NCBI GenBank assembly: GCA_963729595.1
Contig: CAVSNW010000003.1
Location: 1,750,979 to 1,774,978, forward strand
Length of the DNA stretch: 24,000 nt
DNA from: an uncultured Acidobacteriota bacterium
GTDB taxonomy: Bacteria > Acidobacteriota > Terriglobia > Acidiferrales > UBA7541
Reading direction: 5' to 3'
A program made the position numbers and the translations under genes. Below, in pieces: positions 13,741 through 23,942 of the stretch (position 1 is the stretch's first letter; each line of letters opens with the position of its first letter). A model generated the notes under the pieces. It had not been told where the DNA came from, did not search any database, and was given only the letters and a program-made list of their open reading frames with translations.

Positions 13741-13763
13741 CCCGCGGCCTAAAAGGCCGCGGG
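13741..13763 (-). terminator. Perfect 9-bp GC hairpin just downstream of rho
   Basis: CCCGCGGCC (13741-13749), a 5-nt loop, and GGCCGCGGG (13755-13763), 11 nt after the rho stop. There is no clear U-tract. A second hairpin, GATTGCT/AGCAATC, follows at about 13717-13741. Confidence 0.45.
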
Positions 13764-13774
13764 CTACGACTGCT

Positions 13775-15034
13775 TCACGTTGGGGCGGACATAGACCCGA
13801 GAAATTCGGTGTTCGACTTCGTCTTGGTGAGGCGACTGAGCAGGAGCTCCATCGCTTCGACCGTGGAGAGAGGGCTCAAGACCTTACGCAGAACCCAGAC
13901 GCGGCTGAGCTCGTCGGGAGGGAGGAGCAGCTCGTCTTTTCTGGTGCCGGAACGCTGAATGTCGATCGCGGGGAAGACGCGCTTGTCGGAGAGGCGGCGA
14001 TCGAGGTTGATTTCCATGTTGCCAGTGCCCTTGAACTCCTCGAAGATGACGTCGTCCATGCGGCTGCCAGTGTCGATAAGGGCGGTGGCGATGATGGTGA
14101 GCGAGCCGCCTTCTTCGACATGGCGTGCGGCGGCAAAGAAACGGCGCGGGCGCTGCAGGGCGTTGGCGTCGATTCCGCCGGAAAGGACTTTGCCCGAAGG
14201 CGGGGTGACGGCGTTGTAAGCGCGGGCGAGACGGGTTACCGAATCGAGGAGAACGACTACGTCGCGCTTGTGTTCGACGAGGCGCTTGGCTTTCTCGAGG
14301 ACCATTTCGGCGACTTGAATGTGGCGCTGGGGCGGTTCGTCGAAGGTGGAGCTGATGACTTCACCCTTGACGGTGCGCTGCATGTCGGTGACTTCTTCGG
14401 GGCGCTCGTCGATGAGGAGAACGATTAGAGCGACCTCAGGATGGTTGACGGTGATGGAGTTGGCAATGGACTGCAGCATCATGGTCTTACCGGTACGCGG
14501 GGGAGCGACGATCAATCCGCGCTGGCCTTTGCCTACCGGGCAGAGAAGATCGAGCACGCGACCTGTCATGTTTTCCTTGGTCGTTTCCATCTTCAGGCGA
14601 CCCTGCGGGTAGAGCGGGGTCAGGTTGTCGAAGAAGATCTTGTTGCGGGCGACTTCGGGATCTTCGAAGTTGACGGCTTCGACTTTGATCAACGCGAAGT
14701 AGCGTTCACCGTCTTTCGGTGGACGGACCTGGCCGGAGACGGTGTCGCCGGTGCGTAGATCGAACTTGCGGATTTGCGACGGCGAGACGTAGATATCGTC
14801 CGGTCCGGGGAGGTAGTTGTATTCGGGGGCGCGCAAGAAACCGAAACCATCGGGGAGGCACTCGAGGACGCCTTCGGAGAAGATCAAACCGTTCTTTTCG
14901 GTTTGAGCACGGAGGATCTGGAAGATCAGCTCCTGCTTGCGCATGCCGGACGCGCCGGGAATGTTCAACTCCTTGGCAATCTTTGCCAAGTCGGTGATGT
15001 TCTTTTCCTTCAGCTCGGCAAGGCTGATACTCAT
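13775..15034 (-). CDS. rho: Transcription termination factor Rho
   Basis: The Rho N-terminal domain reads [40 protein letters not shown]. An RNA-binding OB region follows. The Walker A region is [14 protein letters not shown]. The start is taken at the ATG at 15034, preceded by GAAGGAAA. The track ORF starts 11 codons upstream. Confidence 0.95.
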   Translation of the reverse strand: MSISLAELKEKNITDLAKIAKELNIPGASGMRKQELIFQILRAQTEKNGLIFSEGVLECLPDGFGFLRAPEYNYLPGPDDIYVSPSQIRKFDLRTGDTVSGQVRPPKDGERYFALIKVEAVNFEDPEVARNKIFFDNLTPLYPQGRLKMETTKENMTGRVLDLLCPVGKGQRGLIVAPPRTGKTMMLQSIANSITVNHPEVALIVLLIDERPEEVTDMQRTVKGEVISSTFDEPPQRHIQVAEMVLEKAKRLVEHKRDVVVLLDSVTRLARAYNAVTPPSGKVLSGGIDANALQRPRRFFAAARHVEEGGSLTIIATALIDTGSRMDDVIFEEFKGTGNMEINLDRRLSDKRVFPAIDIQRSGTRKDELLLPPDELSRVWVLRKVLSPLSTVEAMELLLSRLTKTKSNTEFLGSMSAPT

Positions 15035-15305
15035 CTGATTATTTCCTTCAACGCTTGTTTCCTTCATATGTCCTTAACTTTTATTGGTGAACGTAAGTTG
15101 GTGAAATTGACCTGAAACTCCGGATTGCATACGGGGTGGCGCTCCGCGCTGGCGGATAAACGAAAATCTGCCAGGAGGGGCGAGCCAGACTTTGTGACAA
15201 CCGGTGGCGACGCCGGACCGAGCGAACTATGGACTGCGTTCCGTAGCGAGTAACCCGACGGGGTCGAGATCAAGCGGCGGGACGAGCCTGGGCCGAACGA
15301 CGCTG

Positions 15306-17714
15306 TTAGTTGGTCAAACTCTTGTCTTTCTCGGTGCTACCGACGAAAGGTTCCGCAACGGGCGCAACTGCGGCATGTTCCAGCGGCACGATCAGGCGCT
15401 CAAGCGCGATCTGCAGCACTTCATCCATATTCTCGACAAAATGTACCGTAAGGCTCGCGAGGATTTCCTGCGGGATGTCCGCCAGGTCCTTCTCATTGTC
15501 CTTCGGAAGGAGCACTGTGCGCAAGCCCATTCGATGTGCGGCGAGAAGTTTCTCTTTGACGCCGCCAATGGGGAGGACCTTGCCGCGCAGGGTGATCTCG
15601 CCGGTCATGGTGACGTCGCGGCGGACCGGGATTTTCGTTAAGGCGCTTACGATCGAGTTGCAAATGGTGATGCCCGCGGACGGGCCGTCCTTGGGGATGG
15701 CGCCCTCAGGGACGTGCACGTGGATGTCGATGTTGCGATAAAAATCTTTAGGCAGGCCGAAAGCGTGGGAACGCGAGCGAATGTAGGCCATTGCGGCTTG
15801 TGCGGACTCCTGCATAACGTCGCCAAGTTTTCCGGTGAGCGTCAGCCGGCCCTTGCCTTCCATGAAGGTGGCTTCGGTGGAGAGAACGGAGCCTCCCACT
15901 TCGGTCCAGGCGAGACCGGTGGTCAAGCCGATTTCGTTGTGCTTCTCAAGCCATAGCTCGCGATATTTCAGGATGCCCAGGTAGTCGCTAGCATTGGCTG
16001 GCGTGATTTCGGCGTTTACTGCGGCCCCTTCTGTCACAACCTTGCGGGCCATTTTGCGGCTTACATTTTGGATTTCGCGTTCGAGGCTGCGGACGCCGGC
16101 TTCGTGCGTGTAGTGGCGAATGATATGGAGCAGGCCTTCGTCGGTGAAACCTAGATTCTTGTCGGTTAGTCCGGTGGCTTCGCGCTGGCGCTTGACCAGG
16201 AAGCGCTTGGCGATTTGGAGCTTTTCCTGCTCGGTGTATCCCGGGATGCGCAGGACTTCCATGCGATCCTGCAACGGTTGCGGGATGGTGTGCAGGACGT
16301 TGGCGGTGCAGACAAACATTACTTTGGAAAGGTCGTATTCGACGTCGAGATAGTGATCGGTGAAAGCGTGGTTGAGTTCTGGGTCAAGGACTTCCATCAG
16401 GGCTGCGGACGGATCACCGCGGAAATCCATAGACATCTTGTCGACTTCATCGAGGACGAAGATGGGGTTGACGGTCCCGGCCTTCTTCATCATCTGGATG
16501 ATCTGACCGGGCAGGGCTCCGATGTAGGTGCGGCGATGGCCGCGAATTTCGGCTTCATCGCGCACGCCGCCGAGCGAGACGCGGACGAATTTGCGGCCGG
16601 TGGCGTGGCCGATGGACATGGCCAAAGACGTTTTGCCAACGCCTGGAGGGCCGACGAAACAGAGGATCGATCCTTTGGGATTCTTCACCAGTTGGCGGAC
16701 GGCGAGGAATTCGAGGATGCGATCTTTTATTTTCTCGAGGCCGTAGTGCTCTTCGTTGAGAATTTTCTCGGCCGCGAGGATATCGCGAATTTCCTTGGAT
16801 TTCTTCTTCCAGGGTACAGCGAGAAGCCAGTCGAGATAGTTGCGGCTAACGGTAGATTCGGCGGACATCGGAGGCATGAGTTCCAGGCGCTTGAGCTCCT
16901 GGATAGCCTTCTCGTGTACGTCCTTGGACATGCCGGCAGCGTCGATCTTCTTTTTGAGCTCGTCGATCTCGTTCTTTTCGCCGCGACCAAGTTCTTTCTG
17001 GATGGCTTTAAGCTTTTCGTTGAGGTAGTACTCTTTTTGTGCGCGCTCCATCTGACGCTTGACGCGGGTGTTTATGTTGCGGTCGACGTTAAGCTTTTCG
17101 AGTTCGATTTCGAGGATGTCGCCAATGCGGTTGAGGCGCTCGATGGGATCAACGGTTTCGAGCAAGTCCTGTTTTTCGTCAACGGGAAGCTGGAGATTGG
17201 CGGCGATGGTGTCCGAAAGACGGGCAGGGTCATCGACACGCGCGGCGGCGATCATGGTGTCGTAGTTCAGCGACTGCGAAAGCTTGATGAACTGTTCGTA
17301 AAGGCCGGTGATTTTCTGGACAGTCTGTTCGACGGCCGGCGAAGGCTCAACGCGAGCATTCAGCAGGCGAACCGTGGCACGGAAGAATCCTTCCTCGGTA
17401 GCGATGGAGAGAGCACGAGCGCGCTCGACGCCTTCGACGAGAACTTTGATGTTGCCATCCGGAAGCTTGACGCTCTGCACGATATTGGCAAGGGTTCCGA
17501 CGGCGTAAATCTCTTCCGGCTTGGGATCATCCACCGAAGCGTCGTGCTGGGTGGATAGGAAAATCTTTTTGTCCCCGGTGAGAGCCTCTTCGAGAGCACG
17601 GACGCTGGCTTCGCGGCCGACGATGAAGGGCGTCATCTGCTGGGGGAAAATAACCATATCGCGCACCGGCATCATGGGCACGCGCTTCATTTCCTGTTTT
17701 TCTCGGTTGAACAT
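15306..17714 (-). CDS. lon: ATP-dependent Lon protease
   Basis: The LON N-domain reads [22 protein letters not shown]. The AAA+ Walker A is GPPGVGKTS. The proteolytic Ser motif is PKDGPSAG. The start is uncertain: GTG 17732, ATG 17714 and ATG 17690 are all in frame. Confidence 0.95.
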   Translation of the reverse strand: MFNREKQEMKRVPMMPVRDMVIFPQQMTPFIVGREASVRALEEALTGDKKIFLSTQHDASVDDPKPEEIYAVGTLANIVQSVKLPDGNIKVLVEGVERARALSIATEEGFFRATVRLLNARVEPSPAVEQTVQKITGLYEQFIKLSQSLNYDTMIAAARVDDPARLSDTIAANLQLPVDEKQDLLETVDPIERLNRIGDILEIELEKLNVDRNINTRVKRQMERAQKEYYLNEKLKAIQKELGRGEKNEIDELKKKIDAAGMSKDVHEKAIQELKRLELMPPMSAESTVSRNYLDWLLAVPWKKKSKEIRDILAAEKILNEEHYGLEKIKDRILEFLAVRQLVKNPKGSILCFVGPPGVGKTSLAMSIGHATGRKFVRVSLGGVRDEAEIRGHRRTYIGALPGQIIQMMKKAGTVNPIFVLDEVDKMSMDFRGDPSAALMEVLDPELNHAFTDHYLDVEYDLSKVMFVCTANVLHTIPQPLQDRMEVLRIPGYTEQEKLQIAKRFLVKRQREATGLTDKNLGFTDEGLLHIIRHYTHEAGVRSLEREIQNVSRKMARKVVTEGAAVNAEITPANASDYLGILKYRELWLEKHNEIGLTTGLAWTEVGGSVLSTEATFMEGKGRLTLTGKLGDVMQESAQAAMAYIRSRSHAFGLPKDFYRNIDIHVHVPEGAIPKDGPSAGITICNSIVSALTKIPVRRDVTMTGEITLRGKVLPIGGVKEKLLAAHRMGLRTVLLPKDNEKDLADIPQEILASLTVHFVENMDEVLQIALERLIVPLEHAAVAPVAEPFVGSTEKDKSLTN

Positions 17715-17777
17715 TGGGTCCCTGAATTTCACCTCAAGCGGCCATAAGCCGGCCGATTTTCGGAAGCGCGAAGCAGC

Positions 17778-19028
17778 TTATCCTGCCTTTTCGAGCAAGC
17801 TCCAGTTGATTTCGCGAGTGCGGACCATATCTTCGGTGACCACGAAGTCGCGCACTTTGCGCTGCATCGGCAGGTGATACATAACTTCGAGCATGAGGTC
17901 TTCGAGGATCATGCGCAAGCCTCGCGCGCCGACTTTGCGCTGAAGAGCCAACTCGGCAACGGTGGCGAGGGCATCATCCGTGAAGCGGAGGCGGACGTTT
18001 TCAAATTCAAACAAACGCTGATATTGCTTGAGCAAAGCGTTCTTAGGCTCGGTCAAAATACGAACGAGCGCGGGTTTGTCGAGATCGTTCATCACGCCCG
18101 CGACAGGGAGGCGTCCGACAAATTCCGGGATGAGACCGTAGCGAATCAGATCGCCGGGCTGCACTTGCTCGAGAAGTTCGGTGTTGCGCTTTTGCGCGGT
18201 CGCGGGAGTGGCATCGGTGTGGAAGCCGAGCGCCCGGCGTCCGACGCGTTTTTCGATGATTTTTTCGAGGCCGACGAAGGCGCCCCCGCAAAGGAACAAA
18301 ATGTTGGTGGTGTCAACCGGCGTAAATTCCTGGTGGGGATGTTTGCGGCCACCCTGGGGAGGCACGTTGGCGACCGTGCCTTCGAGAATCTTGAGCAGCG
18401 CCTGCTGGACGCCCTCACCGGAGACGTCCCGGGTGATCGAGGGGTTCTCGTCCTTCTTTGCGATCTTGTCGATTTCGTCGATATAAATGATGCCTTGCTG
18501 GGCCTTCTGGACGTCCCCGTCGGCGGCTTGCAGCAATTTCAGGATAATGTTTTCAACGTCTTCACCCACGTACCCGGCTTCGGTGAGCGTGGTGGCATCG
18601 ACGATGGCGAAAGGCACGTCAAGCATTCGGGATAACGTTTGCGCCAGGAGAGTCTTGCCGGTGCCGGTGGGACCAATCAGAAGAATATTGGACTTACTGA
18701 GCTCGACATCGCCGGGTTGTTTGTTGAGAAAAATTCGCTTGTAGTGATTGTAGACGGCAACGGCGAGTTTCTTCTTGGTGCGATCCTGCCCGATGACGTA
18801 GCCATCGAGGAACTGCTTAATCTCCGGAGGGCGGGGAAGGCGGCGCGCGGGAGCCGTCGCTTGCTCGCGCTTCTCGTCTTCCAGAATGGTCTGGCAGACG
18901 CTGACACATTCGTTGCAGATGTACGCGCGCGGATAGTCCGAGGGCGAACTAATGAGTTTCTCGACCTGCTCCTGAGTCTTGTGGCAGAAGGAGCAGCGCA
19001 ACGGCTCATCTGGATTGAACTTTTTCAC
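17778..19028 (-). CDS. clpX: ATP-dependent Clp protease ATP-binding subunit ClpX
   Basis: The N-terminal zinc-binding motif is CSFCHK...CNEC. The Walker A is GPTGTGKT, followed by [10 protein letters not shown]. The gene sits in the conserved tig-clpP-clpX-lon order. Confidence 0.97.
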   Translation of the reverse strand: MKKFNPDEPLRCSFCHKTQEQVEKLISSPSDYPRAYICNECVSVCQTILEDEKREQATAPARRLPRPPEIKQFLDGYVIGQDRTKKKLAVAVYNHYKRIFLNKQPGDVELSKSNILLIGPTGTGKTLLAQTLSRMLDVPFAIVDATTLTEAGYVGEDVENIILKLLQAADGDVQKAQQGIIYIDEIDKIAKKDENPSITRDVSGEGVQQALLKILEGTVANVPPQGGRKHPHQEFTPVDTTNILFLCGGAFVGLEKIIEKRVGRRALGFHTDATPATAQKRNTELLEQVQPGDLIRYGLIPEFVGRLPVAGVMNDLDKPALVRILTEPKNALLKQYQRLFEFENVRLRFTDDALATVAELALQRKVGARGLRMILEDLMLEVMYHLPMQRKVRDFVVTEDMVRTREINWSLLEKAG

Positions 19029-19184
19029 TGGTATGCAGGCCCTCGTCTCCGCCGGATTTCAACGGAACGTCGTCAATTCCTATTCTAGGCTGAATATTCC
19101 CCTGAGCGAAAGAGAAACCTGAGTGACTGCTAACTTTTAAGAACAAGCTGTTGATCGAAGCGCGAACGCCCCTGCGTCTGCAAA

Positions 19185-19811
19185 CTATCGATGTTTATAG
19201 ATGATCTCGTCGATCATGCCGTATTCTTTGGCTTGTTCCGGATTCATGATGAAATCGCGCTCGACATCTCTTTCGACGCGCTCCACGCTCTGCCCGCTGT
19301 GCTGGGCCAGCAATTTATTGATCATCGTGCGCATGCGCAAGATCTCTTTGGCATGAAGATCGATGTCGGTGGCTTGGCCGCCGAGGCCGGACATCCACGG
19401 TTGATGGATCAGGATACGCGCGTTCGGAAGAGCAAATCGCTTTTTCGGGGCGCCACCCGCGAGCAAGACAGCCGCGATCGATGCAGCCTGGCCGACACAC
19501 GTGGTGACCACGTCGGGCTTAACGAATTGCATGGTGTCGTAAATCGCGAAGCCCGCGGTAATCGAGCCGCCCGGCGAATTGATGTACAGCTGAATGTCGC
19601 GCTCCGGATCTTCGGCTTGCAGGAACAGCATCTGAGCGGTGGCCAGGTTGGCGACGTGGTCGTCAATCGGCGTGCCGATGAAAATGATGTGCTCTTTGAG
19701 CAGGCGGGAATAGATGTCGTAGGCGCGTTCGCCACGGCTGGTTTGCTCAACCACCATGGGTACGAGCGTTGTGCCGCGATATTCTGGTTCGGGTTCGTCG
19801 AAAGTTTTCAT
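19185..19811 (-). CDS. clpP: ATP-dependent Clp protease proteolytic subunit ClpP
   Basis: Family blocks are [27 protein letters not shown], the active-site Ser region [14 protein letters not shown], and RILIHQP. The start is taken at the ATG at 19811, because the longer track ORF would overlap the tig 3' end. Confidence 0.94.
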   Translation of the reverse strand: MKTFDEPEPEYRGTTLVPMVVEQTSRGERAYDIYSRLLKEHIIFIGTPIDDHVANLATAQMLFLQAEDPERDIQLYINSPGGSITAGFAIYDTMQFVKPDVVTTCVGQAASIAAVLLAGGAPKKRFALPNARILIHQPWMSGLGGQATDIDLHAKEILRMRTMINKLLAQHSGQSVERVERDVERDFIMNPEQAKEYGMIDEIIYKHR

Positions 19812-19830
19812 TTGAGTAAAGTTTGTGACC

Positions 19831-21141
19831 TCAGGAGCCCGATTCGGGTGACTTTGTTTCCGTCGCGGCGACGGTACGAATTCGGGAATTCTGCGCGAGC
19901 CAGTCGAGAGTTTTGTCACTCCGCAGCTTCGCTTTCATCCTATCGAGCGTACCCTGCTTTGTCAAACGCGCGTGGATCGCCGCTGCGGATTCGCCACTAT
20001 GGCTGGCCGCATGTTCGAGCTCGTGGTTGAGTTCTTCGTCGGTTACGTCAATGTTTTCCGCGGTAGCAATGCGGTCAACGATCAATTCTGCTTTCACGTC
20101 GTCGGAACTACGTTCCTGCTGGCGGCTGCGCAGAGTAACCCAATCGACATTCACGGCTCGGGGGTCAACACCTTGGGCGGCCAGCGAACGAACAACGCGC
20201 TCCAGGCGTACGTCCATTTGATGCTGCACTAACGATTCCGGTACAGGGAAGTCGTGAGTTTTGATGAGAGCGGCGATGACCTTCTCGCGCAGGAGTTCCT
20301 TGTGTTTGTGGTCGCGCTGATGCTCGAGGCTTTCGCGGACCTTTTTCTTCAGCTCGTCCAGGGTGGTGGCGTCGCTGACGTCCTTGGCGAATTCATCGTT
20401 CAGTTCGGGCAGCTTCTTGTTTTTGATGCCGAGAACCTCGACGGCATAGTGGTACGTTTTGCCTGCGAGCTTGGCGTCGGGGTAGTCGGCGGGATAGGCG
20501 ACGTCGAAATTTTTGTGGTCGCCGGCGCTCGCGCCGCGGAGATTTTCATTAAACGGCTCCATGGTCTCTTCGGCACCAATGTGGCATAGAACGCTGTCGG
20601 CCTGGATGGGTTCGCCGCCGCCTTCGGGCGTGCCGGTCAGTTTGAGCTGAACGTAATCGCCGTTTTCAGCTGGGCGGCCTTCCACTGGAGCGAAAGCAGA
20701 GGCACGTTCGCGCACGGATTCGATTTCTTTGGTGACGTCGTCGTCGGTTACCTCCATCGCCGGCATTTCGAGGTCGAGATCTTTGTAGTTTGCGAGTTCA
20801 AATTCTGGGAGCACCTCGAAGACGGCGCGGAATTTGAGCGGTTGGCCTTCCGTGAAGTCGAGCTTTTCGACTTGGGGCTGCGAGACGGGGGTGAGTTTCT
20901 GCTCCGTTACGGCTTGCTCGACGCGCTGGGGGACCAGAGACTGCACGACTTCGCCCTTGATGTCATCGGCGAAGCGGCGACGAATCAGGGAGACCGGCGC
21001 TTTGCCGGGACGGAAGCCCGGGACGCGCGCGACGCGCGCAAATTCCTTGGCGACGCTTTCCAGTTTTTTGGTGACTTCGTCCGCGGGAATCTCGAGATCG
21101 AGTTCGCGGCGGCAGGTTGCTGCTGCGGTTGCTTCAGCCAT
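19831..21141 (-). CDS. tig: Trigger factor
   Basis: The ribosome-binding N-domain region reads [11 protein letters not shown] central PPIase-like region and a C-terminal helical arm follow. The start is the ATG at 21141, with AAAGGA 5 nt upstream. The gene is immediately upstream of clpP, as in most bacteria. Confidence 0.93.
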   Translation of the reverse strand: MAEATAAATCRRELDLEIPADEVTKKLESVAKEFARVARVPGFRPGKAPVSLIRRRFADDIKGEVVQSLVPQRVEQAVTEQKLTPVSQPQVEKLDFTEGQPLKFRAVFEVLPEFELANYKDLDLEMPAMEVTDDDVTKEIESVRERASAFAPVEGRPAENGDYVQLKLTGTPEGGGEPIQADSVLCHIGAEETMEPFNENLRGASAGDHKNFDVAYPADYPDAKLAGKTYHYAVEVLGIKNKKLPELNDEFAKDVSDATTLDELKKKVRESLEHQRDHKHKELLREKVIAALIKTHDFPVPESLVQHQMDVRLERVVRSLAAQGVDPRAVNVDWVTLRSRQQERSSDDVKAELIVDRIATAENIDVTDEELNHELEHAASHSGESAAAIHARLTKQGTLDRMKAKLRSDKTLDWLAQNSRIRTVAATETKSPESGS

Positions 21142-21618
21142 GGAAATCCTTTCGAACGGCGCCTTGCAGGCGCTCAAAAAGAAATGTCGCGCAGGGAAGG
21201 TCCGCTGGTCACGACAGTATGCGCCCCTGATTGCAAATTTCAGAGAACGTAAGCTTTAGAGAGGCCAGACAGGTGAGAAATCACCCTGCAAACTCGAAAG
21301 ATAAGTATAAGTGACGTGCCCACCAGGGTCAAATCGAGCGCCGCCTGCGACGAAGTCCACACGTCCGGTAGCGCGTCTTATCAGGGTCTGGGAGGGGAAG
21401 GTTGAAAAGGAAAGCATCGCCAACTACCTTCAGCACATCTACGACATGCGCACGATTGCCGTCGTCTAATGGTTGCCGCGGCGCAATCCTGCGGCCTGGA
21501 AATCGATCTAAATCAGGAGCGCGCGATTATCCCTGGAAACCGGACATCAAGTGATTCCTACAAGGAACCCGTCAAATCAAGGGGAGGGCAATCGCTCATA
21601 GATCAACCGCCGCGTTGA

Positions 21619-22230
21619 CTACTGGGGTGCCCAATTCGGGCCGATCAATTTGCGCAAGAATTCTGGGGTCGCCCATGGCGCTGAATTTGCGAAGCGTTTC
21701 ACCCAGTCTGGGCCGGCGCCAATCTTGACGCGATCGGGAGTGAATTCCGGCGACAGCGTATTGGCCATCAGGGCGTAGTTGACGCCATCCTGGAGGCGGA
21801 GTGCCTTCCAGCAGCCACCCGGTACGGCGACAACGGGCTTCTGCCCGGCGGCAAGGTTTGTGCCCAGCGTCAGCTTTTCTGCATGGCCGTCTGGATGAAA
21901 GATGAAATAGTCGACTGGGCCACCCTCGATGACAATGTGGGTGTCGTCGGGCGCGAGCCAATGAAGATAGTTGTTGGGCAGGTTGCGTGTGAGCATGTAG
22001 TAGTTTTGGCTCTGCACGGAGAGCGTGCGACCGTCGACCGTTACCATCTGCGCGGATTTTCCGATTATTCCTAGATAGCCGGACTCCTTGGGCAGAACAG
22101 TGAGCTTCAACGTTTGGATTAGTTCGCGGGCGCGGGCGTCGGAGTTTGGCGACGGCGCGGTGCTGACACGGTTCGTCGTGGCTGTGGCGATGGGCGTCAG
22201 TAAGAGAGCTGCGATCAGAGGGTGTTTCAT
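21619..22230 (-). CDS. Secreted cupin-fold protein (DUF985/cupin_5-like)
   Basis: The N-terminal signal-like segment is MKHPLIAALLLTPIATA. The pattern YYMLT...LHWLAPDDTHIVIEGGPVDYFIFHPDG...LGTNLAAGQKPVVAVPGGCWKAL matches my recollection of the DUF985 cupin family layout. Confidence 0.6.
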   Translation of the reverse strand: MKHPLIAALLLTPIATATTNRVSTAPSPNSDARARELIQTLKLTVLPKESGYLGIIGKSAQMVTVDGRTLSVQSQNYYMLTRNLPNNYLHWLAPDDTHIVIEGGPVDYFIFHPDGHAEKLTLGTNLAAGQKPVVAVPGGCWKALRLQDGVNYALMANTLSPEFTPDRVKIGAGPDWVKRFANSAPWATPEFLRKLIGPNWAPQ

Positions 22231-22447
22231 GCTCGAGAGACTAGCAGAAAAGGGAATTTGACCACCGGGTGCGCACAGGGCTCAGAGTAGGAACGGGGCT
22301 CAAATCGGCCGCGGCTGGGTAGGCAAGAATGGAATCCTGGTTGCTTACGTTTGGCGCCGCATTGTCAAGGGTTGCTGCCGCATCCATTTTCCTCTTCCTC
22401 AGAACTCAATTTCGCGATATGACTTCCAGACGCCCTAGGAGCCACAA

Positions 22448-23581
22448 ATGCACGCGCCATCAGTCCAAGACATCCTCGATCTCTACAACCCCAGCAACAC
22501 GCTCGAAAAAGCCTCCACGATCCCAGCCCCCTGGTATCGGGACAAACGCATCGAAGAACTCGAACGCATTAGTGTCTTCAGCGGAACCTGGCATGTAGCC
22601 GGACGCCTCGACCAAGTCCGCGAGAAAGGCCAATTCTTCACCGCCGATGTCGCCGGCGAACCCATCGTCGTCGTCCGCGGCGACGACGCCCAACTCCGCG
22701 CCTTCTACAACGTCTGCCGCCACCACGCCGCCGCCGTAGTCCCCGAACTCCAAGGCTGCGCCAAACAATTCCGCTGCCCCTACCACGGATGGACCTACGG
22801 CATCGACGGCGCGCTCAAAGGCATGGTCGAATTCGACGGCGTCTGCAATTTCGAACGGGCTGACAACGGCCTCGTTCCCATCTGCGTAGATGTTTGGGAA
22901 AATTTCGTCTTCGTAAACCTCGACGGCCGAGCCGCCCCTCTGCGAAATTTCCTGGGCGCGGTCCCCGATCTAGTCGCGCCACTCGACCTAACCAAAAAAG
23001 TCCACTACTTCGACCGCCGCATCTACCCGCTCAATTGCAATTGGAAGGTCTACGTAGACAACTATCTCGATGGCGGCTATCACGTCCCACATGCGCACAA
23101 GGGCCTGAGCAGCGTCATCGAATACACCAAATACACGATCGAAAATTTCGAGCGGGCTTGCCTACAATCCAGCCCACTCTCGTCCGACGCCAACACGGCC
23201 GCGGGCGTAGCCGCCACCCGCCAAGGCCGCGCATTCTACCTCTGGATCTACCCCAATTTCATGGTCAACGCCTACGAAGGCGTGATGGACACCAACCTTG
23301 TCGTGTCCCTGGGCGCCGACAAGTGCGCCGTCATCTTCGACTATTATTTTGCCGACACCAGCCCCGCCGCCGAAGCCCACAACAAAGCCAGCATCACCGT
23401 AAGCGAAAAAGTCCAAGACGAAGACATGGCCATCTGCGACGCCGTCCAGCGCGGCCTGCACTCCCGCGCCTACGTAGCCGGCCGCCTATCGGTCCGCCGC
23501 GAAGCCGGCGAACACCTCTTCCACCGCCTCCTCCACGCCGACCTGACCACCGCCCTCGCTCATCCCGCTGCCGCAGATTGA
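22448..23581 (+). CDS. Rieske [2Fe-2S] aromatic-ring-hydroxylating oxygenase, alpha subunit-like
   Basis: AGGAG lies 7 nt upstream of the ATG. The Rieske cluster ligands are CRHH...(17 residues)...CPYHGW. A downstream mononuclear-iron region reads DNYLDGGYHVPHAHKGL. Confidence 0.85.
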   Translation: MHAPSVQDILDLYNPSNTLEKASTIPAPWYRDKRIEELERISVFSGTWHVAGRLDQVREKGQFFTADVAGEPIVVVRGDDAQLRAFYNVCRHHAAAVVPELQGCAKQFRCPYHGWTYGIDGALKGMVEFDGVCNFERADNGLVPICVDVWENFVFVNLDGRAAPLRNFLGAVPDLVAPLDLTKKVHYFDRRIYPLNCNWKVYVDNYLDGGYHVPHAHKGLSSVIEYTKYTIENFERACLQSSPLSSDANTAAGVAATRQGRAFYLWIYPNFMVNAYEGVMDTNLVVSLGADKCAVIFDYYFADTSPAAEAHNKASITVSEKVQDEDMAICDAVQRGLHSRAYVAGRLSVRREAGEHLFHRLLHADLTTALAHPAAAD

Positions 23582-23911
23582 AACTAGTGAGTCAAACGGT
23601 CACTAGGCGCGTGGCGCACCCGGCAATTGCATTCGATCCGTGTCGTGGAACGATGCTGGAGTTCAAGCTGGTGTCGCTCATCCAAAAGGATCGCGCTCCG
23701 CACCGTCGCCGTTGCTGCATGATACGATCCGCGATCTCAGGAGCCTCGTAGGCGCTCCCCGGTTTCAACAGGTGCTGCACCTCGACTACTATGTTGTGAA
23801 CTGCGGGGTCCTCAAGCAGCGGCCGAGGATTGAAGACCCATCACAGGAGGGTTGATCTTGCCGAGATGGGGCGCAGGAGTCCGGCGCTTCTACAAGTGCC
23901 GGTTCGGGCAT

Positions 23912-23942
23912 GAAGCAAATCCCTCGCTCCGTTCGGGATGAC
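23912..23942. repeat. Copy 2 of the short dispersed intergenic repeat
   Basis: GAAGCAAATCCCTCGCTCCGTTCGGGATGAC resembles 8343-8374. The small ORFs covering it on both strands translate to motifs such as VIPNGARDLL, HPERSEGF and IPRSVRDD. That is what a repeat read in several frames looks like, not a gene. Confidence 0.4.

Noticed and set aside
16215-17558. 447-aa plus-strand ORF inside lon. Similar long antisense ORFs occur at 7198-7950, 11254-12030, 13670-14428, 17874-18635, 19191-20030 and 22894-23751.
   Set aside because: All lie opposite genes with unambiguous identity (lon, esterase, rsr, rho, clpX, clpP/tig, Rieske oxygenase). All show the Gly/Asp/Val/Arg-rich composition of antisense frames in GC-rich DNA.
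19812-19919. N-terminal extensions in the track ORFs for clpP (36 codons). Similar extensions occur for tig (12 codons), rho (11), rsr (8), the EAL-HDOD gene (10, TTG start) and the 8397 start of the small membrane protein.
   Set aside because: The extensions overlap upstream genes or lack an RBS, whereas the internal ATGs have SD-like sequences and give family-typical N-termini. The shorter starts were used.
21370-21468. Short plus-strand reading frame ending ...GKVEKESIANYLQHIYDMRTIAVV-stop in the tig-cupin intergenic region, considered as a possible gene remnant.
   Set aside because: It is under 60 codons, has no start or RBS context, and I recognise no family. It cannot be distinguished from chance.
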